Of a stretch of DNA of 35,364 nucleotides, positions 25,811 to 35,226 are shown piece by piece. Each line of letters starts with the position of its first letter. Position 1 is the stretch's first letter. The stretch comes from a virus (lineage: Duplodnaviria > Caudoviricetes), in IMG/VR virus record IMGVR_UViG_3300032332_000211, positions 1 through 35,364 of that record; one strand, given 5' to 3'. The notes beneath the pieces are model-generated. The model saw nothing but the letters and a program-made list of their open reading frames with translations. It ran no database searches and was not told where the DNA came from. The position numbers and the translations under genes were made by a program.

Positions 25811-26761
25811 ATGTCATTTTCAATTAGTACATTAAGCAACTATACAAAAGAAAACGAAGCACAATTAGTGACTTCATCTGTATTAGGTGCAAAAACTGCT
25901 GCCCTTATTAAAAGTGCAGGTAATGTTATGGTCGGTGTTAAATCAGCAGAGACTATCAACATTATGGATACAGATGCTTTCTTTCAAGCAGGTGGTACTT
26001 GCGGATGGAACGCATCAGGTACAACTTCTTTCACTCAAAGAACTGTAACTGTAGGTAAAATCAAAGTACAAGAAGCATTATGCCCTAAATCTTTAGAAGC
26101 TAAATACTTACAAAAGGCTTTGCCAACAGGTAGCCAATATGATTCAATTCCTTTTGAGCAAGACTATTCTGATAGAAAAGCTAAAACAATTGCTTCTCAA
26201 TTAGAGACTGCTTTATGGCAAGGTGATACTGCTTCTGCTAATGGTAACTTGAATAAGTTTGATGGTTTCATCAAATTAATAGGTGCTGCAAGTGGTGTTG
26301 TTGATGCTAACGTATCAGGATACATTTCAGGTGCTCCTTTAAGTTCTATTACTTCAGCTAATGTTATTAGCTTATTTGATGGTATCTACAAAGCAATCCC
26401 TGCTAAAGTAGTAGCTGCTGAAGATATGGTTATTGTTTGTGGTATGGATACTTTCAGAACTTACACAATTGCATTAAAGAACGCTAATATGTTCAATTAT
26501 GCTTTTGATGGTAAAGCAGATGCTGAATTTACACTTCCGGGTACTTCTATTAAAGTAGTAGCTTTACAAGGTTTAAACTCTACAAATGATGTTTACGCAA
26601 TGCGTTTAAGCAACTTGTTCTTGGGTACAGATTTATTGAACGAAGAAGAAAAGTTTGAAATTTTCTTCGCAAAAGAGGCTGATGAAGTTCGTTTTGCAGC
26701 AGAGTTCAAAATGGGTGTGAATGTGGCTTTCCCTGATGAAATCGTTAAAGTAGCAATTTAA
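25811..26761 (+). CDS. Major capsid protein
   Basis: 316 aa after the scaffold; E..LWQGD.......FDG..K and GTDL..E motifs; followed by a terminator. Confidence 0.85.
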   Translation: MSFSISTLSNYTKENEAQLVTSSVLGAKTAALIKSAGNVMVGVKSAETINIMDTDAFFQAGGTCGWNASGTTSFTQRTVTVGKIKVQEALCPKSLEAKYLQKALPTGSQYDSIPFEQDYSDRKAKTIASQLETALWQGDTASANGNLNKFDGFIKLIGAASGVVDANVSGYISGAPLSSITSANVISLFDGIYKAIPAKVVAAEDMVIVCGMDTFRTYTIALKNANMFNYAFDGKADAEFTLPGTSIKVVALQGLNSTNDVYAMRLSNLFLGTDLLNEEEKFEIFFAKEADEVRFAAEFKMGVNVAFPDEIVKVAI

Positions 26762-26767
26762 TTATAA

Positions 26768-26794
26768 GGGGGGTGAAATATCCCCCCATTTTTT
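26768..26794 (+). terminator. Rho-independent terminator
   Basis: gggggg-tgaaatat-cccccc followed by atttttt. Confidence 0.8.
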
Positions 26795-26815
26795 AATAAG
26801 ATAAAATAAACAAAA

Positions 26816-27334
26816 ATGGCGTGTGCATTAACACAGGGATATACCCTAGATTGTCGTGATTCTTTAGGTGGAATTACGGAGGTTTATTTTATTGCAAGTT
26901 CAGATGTAACTTCTACAACCGAAGCTAGTGGTGTAATTACTGCATTAGTTAAAGCAACAGGTAAGAGGTTCTATAAATATGAGTTAACCAAAGGAACTTC
27001 AATGCTTACAGAGAATATAGCATCAAATGTTCAGAATGGTACTTTATTTTATACTCCTGAATTGACAATAATTTTAAATAAATTACAAGCAAATACAAGA
27101 AATGAAATCTTGTTATTGGCACAAAATAGACTTGTCGCAGTTGCTAAAGACAACAATGGTAAGTTTTGGTATGTAGGTAAAACAAGGGCAATAGATTTAA
27201 CTGCAGGTAGTGCCGCAACAGGTACTGCTGAAGGAGACAGAAGCGGATATACTTTAACATTTACAGGTGCTGAACCTAGTTTATGTCCTGAAGTAAATAG
27301 TGCAGTTGCTGCTGCTCTTACAACTGCAGGTTAG
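26816..27334 (+). CDS. Major tail (tube) protein
   Basis: MAC.LT.G...CRD..GG...VYF, NGT.FY and D..GYTLTFTG.E motifs. Confidence 0.75.
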   Translation: MACALTQGYTLDCRDSLGGITEVYFIASSDVTSTTEASGVITALVKATGKRFYKYELTKGTSMLTENIASNVQNGTLFYTPELTIILNKLQANTRNEILLLAQNRLVAVAKDNNGKFWYVGKTRAIDLTAGSAATGTAEGDRSGYTLTFTGAEPSLCPEVNSAVAAALTTAG

Positions 27335-27358
27335 GTTTGTAGTTTTTCATAGTTAGTT

Positions 27359-27390
27359 CCCCTGCCTAGTTCTCTAGGTGGGGGTTTTTT
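27359..27390 (+). terminator. Rho-independent terminator
   Basis: cccctgcctag-ttct-ctaggtggggg followed by tttttt. Confidence 0.8.
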
Positions 27391-27409
27391 ATTATATGTT
27401 ATTTGATAT

Positions 27410-27810
27410 AAATATTCGTATTTATTCGTATTTATACGCAAAAGGATATAATTAAAACATCCACCATAATGTGTCTTAAATGACACTAATGATGGCAATA
27501 TGAGTCATTAATTGCACTTTATGATGTGCATTTGTCAATCATCTTTGAGCCGATTATCAATCATTTGCGACTCATTTGTCAAGTTATATATTTACCTTTT
27601 GATTGATAAAGTAAAATAATAGCTTTACTATTTTACTTTGAGTAAAACTACTCACTCCATTGAGTAAAGTAATCTGTTCACTTATTAGCATTGTTCAAGA
27701 TTCGTGAACACTATCAAAACTTGAACAGTTTACATTTTTATATATTTAGGTAACAATACTACCGAATTTGGCATTACTTTATTACAGATTATGTCAAATT
27801 TTACTATCAT
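27410..27810. repeat. Non-coding tract packed with unrelated short inverted and direct repeats
   Basis: gtgtc/gacac, tgcac/gtgca, tcaatcat twice, aagtaaaata/tattttactt, tgagta/tactca, tgttcac/gtgaaca interleaved with tgttcaag/cttgaaca, tattcgtatt twice. Confidence 0.7.
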
Positions 27811-27853
27811 TTTATGTTTTTGCAAACATTGACAATTTCCCTATATATTAGTA

Positions 27854-28228
27854 ATGATACATTTGACAAAAGGGGAAACAAATACTATTGTGTTAACATT
27901 AACTGAAAAGCAGTTATTGACTAACCCAAACTATTTATTTGTGTTTACTAACAGAAGTAGCAATGTAGTAGTAAGTTTTGTTAAATTAAACGCAACAGAT
28001 ACAAGTTTATATAAAGATAGATATAATGAATTTAGCATTGTAACTAATACTAATTTTAGCACCGCTTTAGAAGGGCAATACACATACGAGATATATGAAC
28101 AAGCAAGTACTTCAAACACAAATCCAAGTGGCTTAAACAAGCTAGAAACAGGGATTATGTGGCTTTCAGGTACTACTATATCATTTACAGAATACACAAC
28201 AACAGACACTTATACAATTAGACAATGA
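27854..28228 (+). CDS. Structural hypothetical protein (beta-rich)
   Basis: Upstream of the portal with an ATGA overlap; G.Y.YEIYEQ.S..N.NP motif. Confidence 0.7.
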   Translation: MIHLTKGETNTIVLTLTEKQLLTNPNYLFVFTNRSSNVVVSFVKLNATDTSLYKDRYNEFSIVTNTNFSTALEGQYTYEIYEQASTSNTNPSGLNKLETGIMWLSGTTISFTEYTTTDTYTIRQ

Positions 28229-30207
28229 TAGATTTAAGAGTATTAACATTCGCAGAAGCTAGGCAGCCTGAATTCAAAGAGAAGAAAGGTATTGATGGCG
28301 GCTACATTAAATATGGGGAAAATAATGATTACCCTGAATATATAGTTGACTTATACAACAAGTCATCAAAGCATAGTGCTATTATTAAAAGTAAAGTACA
28401 CTACATTACAGGAAATGGTTGGAGTGGTGAGGCAGATGCACAAGGCTTTATTGATTACGCAAATAGAGTTGAATCTTTAAATGATTTAACAAGAAAGGTA
28501 TCTTTAGATATTGAGATATTTGGCGGTGCTTATATGGAAGTTATTTGGGATTTAGCAGGTAACCTTGCAGAGATTTGGCATTGTGATTATGTTAAGATAC
28601 GCACGAATAAAGATAATACGCAGTATTGGTATAAAGAGGATTGGAAGGATAACAAAGTTAAACCTGATGTTATTGCTGCATTTAATCCTAAACTACCAAC
28701 AGGCAAACAAATTTTGTATGTAAAAGAGTATAGACCAAATATAGGAATCTATGGATTGCCTAGTTATTTTGCTGCATTAAATTATATTGAATCAGACATT
28801 GAAGTTTCTAAACATATTTTAGGTAATGCACAAACAGGGTTTTCTGCTAGTAAACTTATTACCTTACCAAATGGTGAGCCTAATGATGAAGAAAAAAGAA
28901 ATGTAGATAATAGATTACGCAAGACTTATAGCGGTGCAGATGGCAAAAAGTATATGATTGCTTTTGTTAATGACATATCTAGGAAGCCTGTCGTAGATGA
29001 TTTAGGAACGAGTGATTTAACCAAAGAAGATTTTGGCAGAGTAGATGCTTTGATACAAACTAATATATTTAGTGGGCATCAGGTTACTACTCCATCCATT
29101 ATGGGTATTGCAGAAGCAGGTAAGTTAGGAAGCAGAACAGAGATGCGTGATGGTTACGAGATATTTAAAAACACTTATGTTAATGCTAAACAGATGCACC
29201 TAGAAAGTGTATTTAATATGTTAGCTAAATTAAAAGGTGTTACAAGTGAGATTAAAATTATACCAACAGAACCAATAGGAATAGAATTTAGTGAAGCAAC
29301 AATAGTTCAAGTTGCTCCTAAAGAATGGGTATTAGAAAAGATAGGTATTGATATGACTAAATATGCACCTGTACAAGATGCAAGTGTACCTGCACAAACC
29401 TTATCTGTTAACGAACATATTAAAGGTTTAAAAGGTCGTGAGTGGCAAAATATGCAGCGTATAATTCGTGAGTACACTAAAGGTAAGATTAACAGAGAAC
29501 AAGCAGGAGCAATGCTTAAAACAGGATATGCGTTAAGTGATGAAGAAGTTAATACTTGGCTAGGTTCGGAAGAACTAGATGCACAATTTGCTGAACAAGA
29601 TTTTGGAGTATTCTTTGAGTTTGGTGAAACAAAAGAAAGTTATAACATTTGGAAGTCTAAAAAGCGTTTTAGTGATGAAGCAGACTTTTATATGTTTGCT
29701 GATGTTAATCAATTAGAATCAGACATATTAGACCAAATAGCTAAACAAAAGGATATTACACCTGAAGTATTAGCAGAGGTTTTAGATGAAAGTGTAGAAA
29801 CTATTAATACAGTTATAAAGGATTTAGAAGACAGAAAGATATTAAAGACTACTGAAACTAAAATAGGTAAGGGAATAAATAGTAACATTATAATTTCAAG
29901 GGAGTTAACACAACCATTGAGCAAGGCAGTTGGTGAAACAAAGCCACAAACAACTGAAATTTTAGTTCGCTATTCTTATGATTGGATTGCAGGATTTAAT
30001 AATAGTGATATAACTAATAGCAGACCTTTTTGCAAGGCTTTACTAGGTGCTAACAAACTATATAGCAGAAGTGATATTGAATCTATGAGTGCAAGATTAG
30101 GATATTCAGTTTGGGATAGAAGGGGCGGATGGTGGAATGATAATGGAACAATAAGTGAATCCTGTCGCCACGAGTGGAAAACAAATGTAGTAACAAGAAA
30201 AAAATAA
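28225..30207 (+). CDS. Portal protein with C-terminal wHTH-like and MuF-like extensions
   Basis: YGENNDYP, S..H.AII..K and Y.LPSY portal motifs; LDQI....IT.E.LAE.L......I...I.DL HTH pattern; SRPFC...CRHEW. Confidence 0.8.
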   Translation: MIDLRVLTFAEARQPEFKEKKGIDGGYIKYGENNDYPEYIVDLYNKSSKHSAIIKSKVHYITGNGWSGEADAQGFIDYANRVESLNDLTRKVSLDIEIFGGAYMEVIWDLAGNLAEIWHCDYVKIRTNKDNTQYWYKEDWKDNKVKPDVIAAFNPKLPTGKQILYVKEYRPNIGIYGLPSYFAALNYIESDIEVSKHILGNAQTGFSASKLITLPNGEPNDEEKRNVDNRLRKTYSGADGKKYMIAFVNDISRKPVVDDLGTSDLTKEDFGRVDALIQTNIFSGHQVTTPSIMGIAEAGKLGSRTEMRDGYEIFKNTYVNAKQMHLESVFNMLAKLKGVTSEIKIIPTEPIGIEFSEATIVQVAPKEWVLEKIGIDMTKYAPVQDASVPAQTLSVNEHIKGLKGREWQNMQRIIREYTKGKINREQAGAMLKTGYALSDEEVNTWLGSEELDAQFAEQDFGVFFEFGETKESYNIWKSKKRFSDEADFYMFADVNQLESDILDQIAKQKDITPEVLAEVLDESVETINTVIKDLEDRKILKTTETKIGKGINSNIIISRELTQPLSKAVGETKPQTTEILVRYSYDWIAGFNNSDITNSRPFCKALLGANKLYSRSDIESMSARLGYSVWDRRGGWWNDNGTISESCRHEWKTNVVTRKK

Positions 30208-30210
30208 GAA

Positions 30211-30783
30211 ATGTCATTAAATACATTATTCATATCTGTACAAGGTATAAAAGATAGAACAGGATTACACGCTAATGTAGATGAGAAGCTAGTATTGCCT
30301 GAAATAAAGACTGCACAGGATATGTATATACTTCCTACTTTGGGTAGCACACTTTATAATAGATTACAAGCAGGAATAACTGCATCTAATTTAACCGCTA
30401 ATGAAGTAATACTTTTAAATAATTACATAGCTGATTGTTTGATTTATTATGTTATGAGTGAATTACCTATGGGGTTATCATATCAGTTTTATAACAAAGG
30501 TCTATTAAGAAAGTCAGGTGATAACACAGAGAACCCATCAATGCAAGATATGATTGATGTAGCAAACAGATATAGAACACGAGCAGAATTTTACAAGCAA
30601 AGAGTAATTAAATATTTAAGACAAAATAATACTTTGTTTCCTGAATATTTAAACTTTACAAGTGGTATAGATACCATAATACCTGATTTAGAAGGATACA
30701 CTACATCTTTATATTTAGAGGATGATAATGTTTATGAGAATAAAAACCTAGCTGAAAAGTATCAAGGTAAAATAGGATGCTAA
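30211..30783 (+). CDS. Head-tail adaptor-like protein
   Basis: I..AQD.YI.P.LG..LY..L and FPEY motifs; follows the portal. Confidence 0.7.
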   Translation: MSLNTLFISVQGIKDRTGLHANVDEKLVLPEIKTAQDMYILPTLGSTLYNRLQAGITASNLTANEVILLNNYIADCLIYYVMSELPMGLSYQFYNKGLLRKSGDNTENPSMQDMIDVANRYRTRAEFYKQRVIKYLRQNNTLFPEYLNFTSGIDTIIPDLEGYTTSLYLEDDNVYENKNLAEKYQGKIGC

Positions 30784-30784
30784 T

Positions 30785-30919
30785 ATGAGCAAAGAAGCGA
30801 ACATTAAGAATCAAAATAAGCTAAAAGTTTATTTAGAAAAAACAAAAAAGAATGGCATTAACACTGAATCAAATAGTAAATCAAATAACAACATTCGGAA
30901 ACAATCACGAGCAAATTAA
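30785..30919 (+). CDS. Small basic protein (44 aa, not in ORF track)
   Basis: MSKEANIKNQNKLKVYLEKTKK...; starts 1 nt after the upstream stop. Confidence 0.45.
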   Translation: MSKEANIKNQNKLKVYLEKTKKNGINTESNSKSNNNIRKQSRAN

Positions 30920-31280
30920 ATTTGTTTATTTCGGTGATGTTTGGGAACGATTAAGCAATGGTGAGGTAACTTACCCTGCTATGTTTTTTACTTTAACTGA
31001 TGCACAAATATTAGCAAAGCAAATACAATACAATTTCTCTATCTATGTAATGGATAGAATGCTAATGGAAGAAACAAACGAAACAGAGGTTTTAAGTGAT
31101 ATGACTTTAGTAGGTCAGGATATGGTTGCTGAATTAAGAGACCCTATTTATAATTGGATAGCAAGTGATAATATGCCAATAACCTTTTATACAGAAAGCG
31201 ACCCTGATTATTTAGCAGGTATTAAAATAGATTTTTCATTAACATTATCTTCATTAAACGACACTTGTCAAATACCTTAA
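30852..31280 (+). CDS. Tail terminator/completion-like protein
   Basis: YPAMF, MDR......E.EVLSD and C-terminal C.IP motifs. Confidence 0.6.
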   Translation: MALTLNQIVNQITTFGNNHEQIKFVYFGDVWERLSNGEVTYPAMFFTLTDAQILAKQIQYNFSIYVMDRMLMEETNETEVLSDMTLVGQDMVAELRDPIYNWIASDNMPITFYTESDPDYLAGIKIDFSLTLSSLNDTCQIP

Positions 31281-31281
31281 A

Positions 31282-34200
31282 ATGGAATCTAAAAAAATAA
31301 ATCAGTTAGCTACAAATGTAGCACCCCTATCAACAGATTTAACTATTATAGGAGACCCATCAACAGGGGTATCAAAGAAAGTAACGCTATCACAGATAGC
31401 AGCTATATTCGCAGGTGCAGTTGACTTTTATGCTAACCTAGCTGCGTTCCCTGCAAGTGGTACATTAAACACAATTTATTGTGCAAAGGATACACAGAAA
31501 CTTTATTTGTGGTCAGGCTCTGCTTATGTAGAAACTTTCCCAAGTCAAGCGGTTTTAAATACTTATCAGTTATTAAGTGCAAAGGGAGTAGCTAATGGCT
31601 ATGCAAGTTTAGATTCAGCAGGTAAAGTTCCTATTGCTCAATTACCTTCATCAATAATGGAGTACAAAGGTTTATGGTCAGCAGCAACAAATACACCAAC
31701 ATTAGCAAATGGAACAGGAGACACAGGTGATGTTTATATTTGTAGTGCAGCAGGAAGTGTAAACTTTGGAGCAGGTGCTATTACTTTTGCAATCGGTGAT
31801 TATGTAATTTATTCAGGTTCTATTTGGCAAAGGTCAAGCGGTGCGGTGGGTACAGTTACGAGTGTTGGCTTATCTTCTGCAACAAGCGGAGTTACAATTG
31901 GTTCATCACCAATAACGACAAGCGGAACAATTACCCTAGCTATTGCAACTGCAACGACTTCACAAAATGGATTATTATCTTCAACTGATTGGGCAACATT
32001 TAATGGCAAAGAAAGTGTTTTAACTTTTTCTAGTCCTTTAGTAAGAACTACAAATACAATATCAATACCTGCTGCGACAACTTCAGTTAACGGATATTTG
32101 GCTTCTGCGGATTTCACAACTTTTAACAATAAGCAAAACGCTATAACGCTAACCACAACAGGAACAAGCGGAGCAAGTACATTAGTAGGTGCGACTTTAA
32201 ATATCCCTAACTATGGTTCAGCATTAACAGGCTATGTTCCCTACACAGGAGCAACTCAAGATGTTGATTTAGGTGCGTTTAAATTGAATGCTCAATCTTT
32301 ACATATTAAGGGAACGGCAGGTAATGGTCATTTAGGATTAAAGCATCAATCAGCAAGTGCAACCGCATCGGCTAATGAGGTGTCTTTATTTGCAGATAGT
32401 CTTGGGGATTTAAGTTGGTTAAATGGTAACTTATATTTAAGCAAGTTTATTACATCAGGTAATACTGCTGCAAGGTCTTATACATTCCCTAATGCAACAG
32501 GAACAGTTGCTCTAGTTGGTGGTGCAGGAGTGGGAACAGTTACAAGCGTAGCTGCTTTAACAATAGGAACAACAGGAACGGATTTAAGTTCAACAGTTGC
32601 AACGGGTACAACAACTCCTGTAATTACTTTAAATGTACCAACTGCAAGTGCAACAAATCGGGGGGCATTATCAAGTGCGGATTGGACAACATTCAACAAT
32701 AAGCAAGCGGCATTAACTAATCCTGTAACAGGAACAGGTACTACCAACTACCTATCTAAATTTACAGGTGCAAGTACAATAGGAGAAAGTATAATTTATA
32801 ATAGCGGTTCTGTTGTGGCAATAGGTACTACTACAATAGGATTTAATGCTTATGGGTTACCTTTAGTTGTAGGTAGTGGAACAGGCAATCAAGGTATTAC
32901 TATTTTTAGTGGTTCTAATAGTTATGGAAGTTTGCATTTTGCTTACGGTACAACAGGTGGTCAAAGTTATAATGGAGGGATTGAATATTCACACTCTACT
33001 AATGAACTTAATATTTTAGCTAGTACAGGTGTAAGTGCAGTTTTTAAATATAATCAAGTTATTATACCATATAATGGCAGCCACTCTGCTGGTAGCGAAA
33101 GTTTTTATGTTCAAGAGAACGCAAAAATTAACGGACAATTATCTTTAGGTTCTACTTTAACTAATGGAACTTATACCTATACTTTACCAAGTGCAACAGG
33201 TACTTTGGCTTTAACAAGTGCTTTAAGTGCTTACCTTCCTTTAGCAGGGGGAACTTTAACAGGAAATTTAAATGGGACAACTGCAACATTTAGTGATGTG
33301 GTTACTGATAAGGCAACTAATATATCAGCAGATGGAGCGGGTGTAGTATTGCAAGGATATGTAGATAATAATTTAAGAATAGCAGTTAGAGGAAGTGGTT
33401 ATAATAGTGGTGCAAGAGGTGGGCTATATGCTTCAACAGGAGATTTTAATTCTACATTATCAGTCACCGGTGCTTTAAGTGGAACAAGTGCAACGTTTAC
33501 ATCAGGAACAACAGGTCCAAGCACAGGTATAACAAGCATAGGAGATATAACGGCAGCACGAACATCTACTACCGGTGTAATATTTTTAGGTAGTAGCGGT
33601 TCAAAGTATCTTTATTATGACGGCACAAAATATTTATTAAATGCAAGTCCTTTAGAAGTAGGAGGTAGTGTAACGGCAACGCAAGGTAACTTCTTTCAAA
33701 CTGCTGCAAGTGGTTTTGCACTTAATATGAAAAATAGAAACGCAACACAACAATGGGGATTTGTTATTGATACAGATGCAGTAGATGATAAAATTTTTGG
33801 ATTATATAGTACACAAGCTAGTATATATGCTTTAAAAATAGCATCCACAGGAGCAGCTACTTTTAGTTCAACAGTTGATGCTAGTAGATTTAATGGAAAC
33901 TTATTAGTAGGAAGTGCAACAGTTGGAGGTAGTGTTAAATTTAATTATGGTGCAAATGCTGCGTCAAGGAGTTATATAATTATTAGTGATGCTTATAATT
34001 TTGGGGATTTAGGTTTTCAGCAATCTACTACTCAAACAGGAAGTACTTATGCTAATAAAATGATTTTAGCTGCAAATGGGGATTTAACAATAGGTTCAGT
34101 TCCATCAACAGGAGTAGGAAATTTATTCGCAGGAGCAGCTACATTTAGTTCAACAATAAAAACAGGAACAACATCTTACGGAGCAGGAGCAATTAAACTA

Positions 34201-34302
34201 GGCATTAGAAACGCAGGAACTGCCGTAGGTTTAGGTGGATATATGGCAATAGAAATAGACGGAACAACTTATTTTATAAACTTATTTACAACAACTCCTT
34301 AA
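31282..34302 (+). CDS. Tail fibre / receptor-binding protein
   Basis: 1006 aa, Gly/Thr/Ser-rich; NGYASLD..GKVP..QLP; repeated GTVTSV, G.LSS.DW.TFN.K and GAATFSST. Confidence 0.85.
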   Translation: MESKKINQLATNVAPLSTDLTIIGDPSTGVSKKVTLSQIAAIFAGAVDFYANLAAFPASGTLNTIYCAKDTQKLYLWSGSAYVETFPSQAVLNTYQLLSAKGVANGYASLDSAGKVPIAQLPSSIMEYKGLWSAATNTPTLANGTGDTGDVYICSAAGSVNFGAGAITFAIGDYVIYSGSIWQRSSGAVGTVTSVGLSSATSGVTIGSSPITTSGTITLAIATATTSQNGLLSSTDWATFNGKESVLTFSSPLVRTTNTISIPAATTSVNGYLASADFTTFNNKQNAITLTTTGTSGASTLVGATLNIPNYGSALTGYVPYTGATQDVDLGAFKLNAQSLHIKGTAGNGHLGLKHQSASATASANEVSLFADSLGDLSWLNGNLYLSKFITSGNTAARSYTFPNATGTVALVGGAGVGTVTSVAALTIGTTGTDLSSTVATGTTTPVITLNVPTASATNRGALSSADWTTFNNKQAALTNPVTGTGTTNYLSKFTGASTIGESIIYNSGSVVAIGTTTIGFNAYGLPLVVGSGTGNQGITIFSGSNSYGSLHFAYGTTGGQSYNGGIEYSHSTNELNILASTGVSAVFKYNQVIIPYNGSHSAGSESFYVQENAKINGQLSLGSTLTNGTYTYTLPSATGTLALTSALSAYLPLAGGTLTGNLNGTTATFSDVVTDKATNISADGAGVVLQGYVDNNLRIAVRGSGYNSGARGGLYASTGDFNSTLSVTGALSGTSATFTSGTTGPSTGITSIGDITAARTSTTGVIFLGSSGSKYLYYDGTKYLLNASPLEVGGSVTATQGNFFQTAASGFALNMKNRNATQQWGFVIDTDAVDDKIFGLYSTQASIYALKIASTGAATFSSTVDASRFNGNLLVGSATVGGSVKFNYGANAASRSYIIISDAYNFGDLGFQQSTTQTGSTYANKMILAANGDLTIGSVPSTGVGNLFAGAATFSSTIKTGTTSYGAGAIKLGIRNAGTAVGLGGYMAIEIDGTTYFINLFTTTP

Positions 34303-34304
34303 AT

Positions 34305-34601
34305 ATGAAACAAATAGAACCTATCCAAACTTGGGTAAATGGGAAATCGGCAACTGCAACAATATTAAATCTACGACCTAATGGTGGTAATTTATTTGTA
34401 AATGCAAATTTATACTATTCGTTATTAGATGAAAATCAAATAGTATGTGCGTATGGAAATATTGATATGACAGGTGCAGATTATCAAGCGTGGGGAAACA
34501 ATGATGAATATGCTTATACTTGGGCAGCATCTAAAGACCAACTTAACCTTACAATCATAGGGGATTATGTTCCACCTGTTACACCAACAAATAGTATTTA
34601 A
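34305..34601 (+). CDS. Tail-fibre-associated protein (chaperone-like)
   Basis: Immediately follows the fibre gene; allele of 2..214. Confidence 0.7.
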   Translation: MKQIEPIQTWVNGKSATATILNLRPNGGNLFVNANLYYSLLDENQIVCAYGNIDMTGADYQAWGNNDEYAYTWAASKDQLNLTIIGDYVPPVTPTNSI

Positions 34602-35016
34602 TCATATATTTGTAAAAAATCAACCAAATGAAATATCAACAACTCAACACCCTAGTCGCATCAATTAATGCGGTTATTGGTTCACAGGAAACAAAGACTC
34701 AAAAGAAGCTATTTAAAATCTATCAAAAGGTTAAAACCCATCACGAAGATTACCAAGCTAAAGTAGAGGAATTAAGACTTGATAATGCTTCTACAAAAGA
34801 GAATGATATCCTTATCTTAAACGAGAAAGGGGAATATTCTTTTACTAAAGAGGCTATTAAGAAATTAACTGAACAAGTTAAGGAGTTAAACAACAAGGAG
34901 TTTGACTTTACACCAATTCCTGTGGTTAATCCACAAGGTTTAGAAGACTTTAGTTTCCTAGAAGATTGGACAACGGGTATCACATTTATTAAAGAAATAG
35001 AAGAAGAATTGTAATG
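34401..35016 (+). repeat. Right copy of the imperfect terminal direct repeat
   Basis: Collinear with 2..629 apart from a 12-nt indel. Confidence 0.9.
34628..35014 (+). CDS. Hypothetical protein, allele of 241..627
   Basis: Same length (128 aa), identical N-terminus. Confidence 0.85.
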   Translation: MKYQQLNTLVASINAVIGSQETKTQKKLFKIYQKVKTHHEDYQAKVEELRLDNASTKENDILILNEKGEYSFTKEAIKKLTEQVKELNNKEFDFTPIPVVNPQGLEDFSFLEDWTTGITFIKEIEEEL

Positions 35017-35226
35017 AATGCAACTTTATTTATTATTGGTCAGGCAATAGTTATTGTCATTGGACTAATCGGAATTTATGTTAAGATAAGTCTTAAACTA
35101 AAAGAACTAGAAATCCGTGTTAGTATGGTTGAAAAGCAAGATGATACCTTGAGTAAGAAGCTAGACCATATTAGCGAACAAATAAATAAGTTAGCTATTG
35201 CAATGCAAAACAAACAAGACCGATGA
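35014..35226 (+). CDS. Holin-like protein (1 TM + coiled coil)
   Basis: Occupies the slot of 627..818 but is unrelated in sequence. Confidence 0.55.
   Translation: MNATLFIIGQAIVIVIGLIGIYVKISLKLKELEIRVSMVEKQDDTLSKKLDHISEQINKLAIAMQNKQDR

Noticed and set aside
27772-27799. Complete dif site for Xer-mediated integration
   Set aside because: Only the XerD-like arm matches; the 11 bp across the 6-bp spacer (cattactttat) does not resemble an XerC arm.
31282-34302. Diversity-generating retroelement or invertible fibre cassette
   Set aside because: No reverse transcriptase, template repeat, invertase or inverted flanking repeats seen.
402-34983. Numerous antisense or alternate-frame ORFs in the track (e.g. 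402..635, 958..1170, 4622..4837, 6589..6954, 11992..12288, 12927..13256, 22112..22336, 22548..22952, 29976..30350, 31809..32156, 34750..34983)
   Set aside because: They overlap well-supported genes, lack motifs or leaders, and have the composition of shadow frames.
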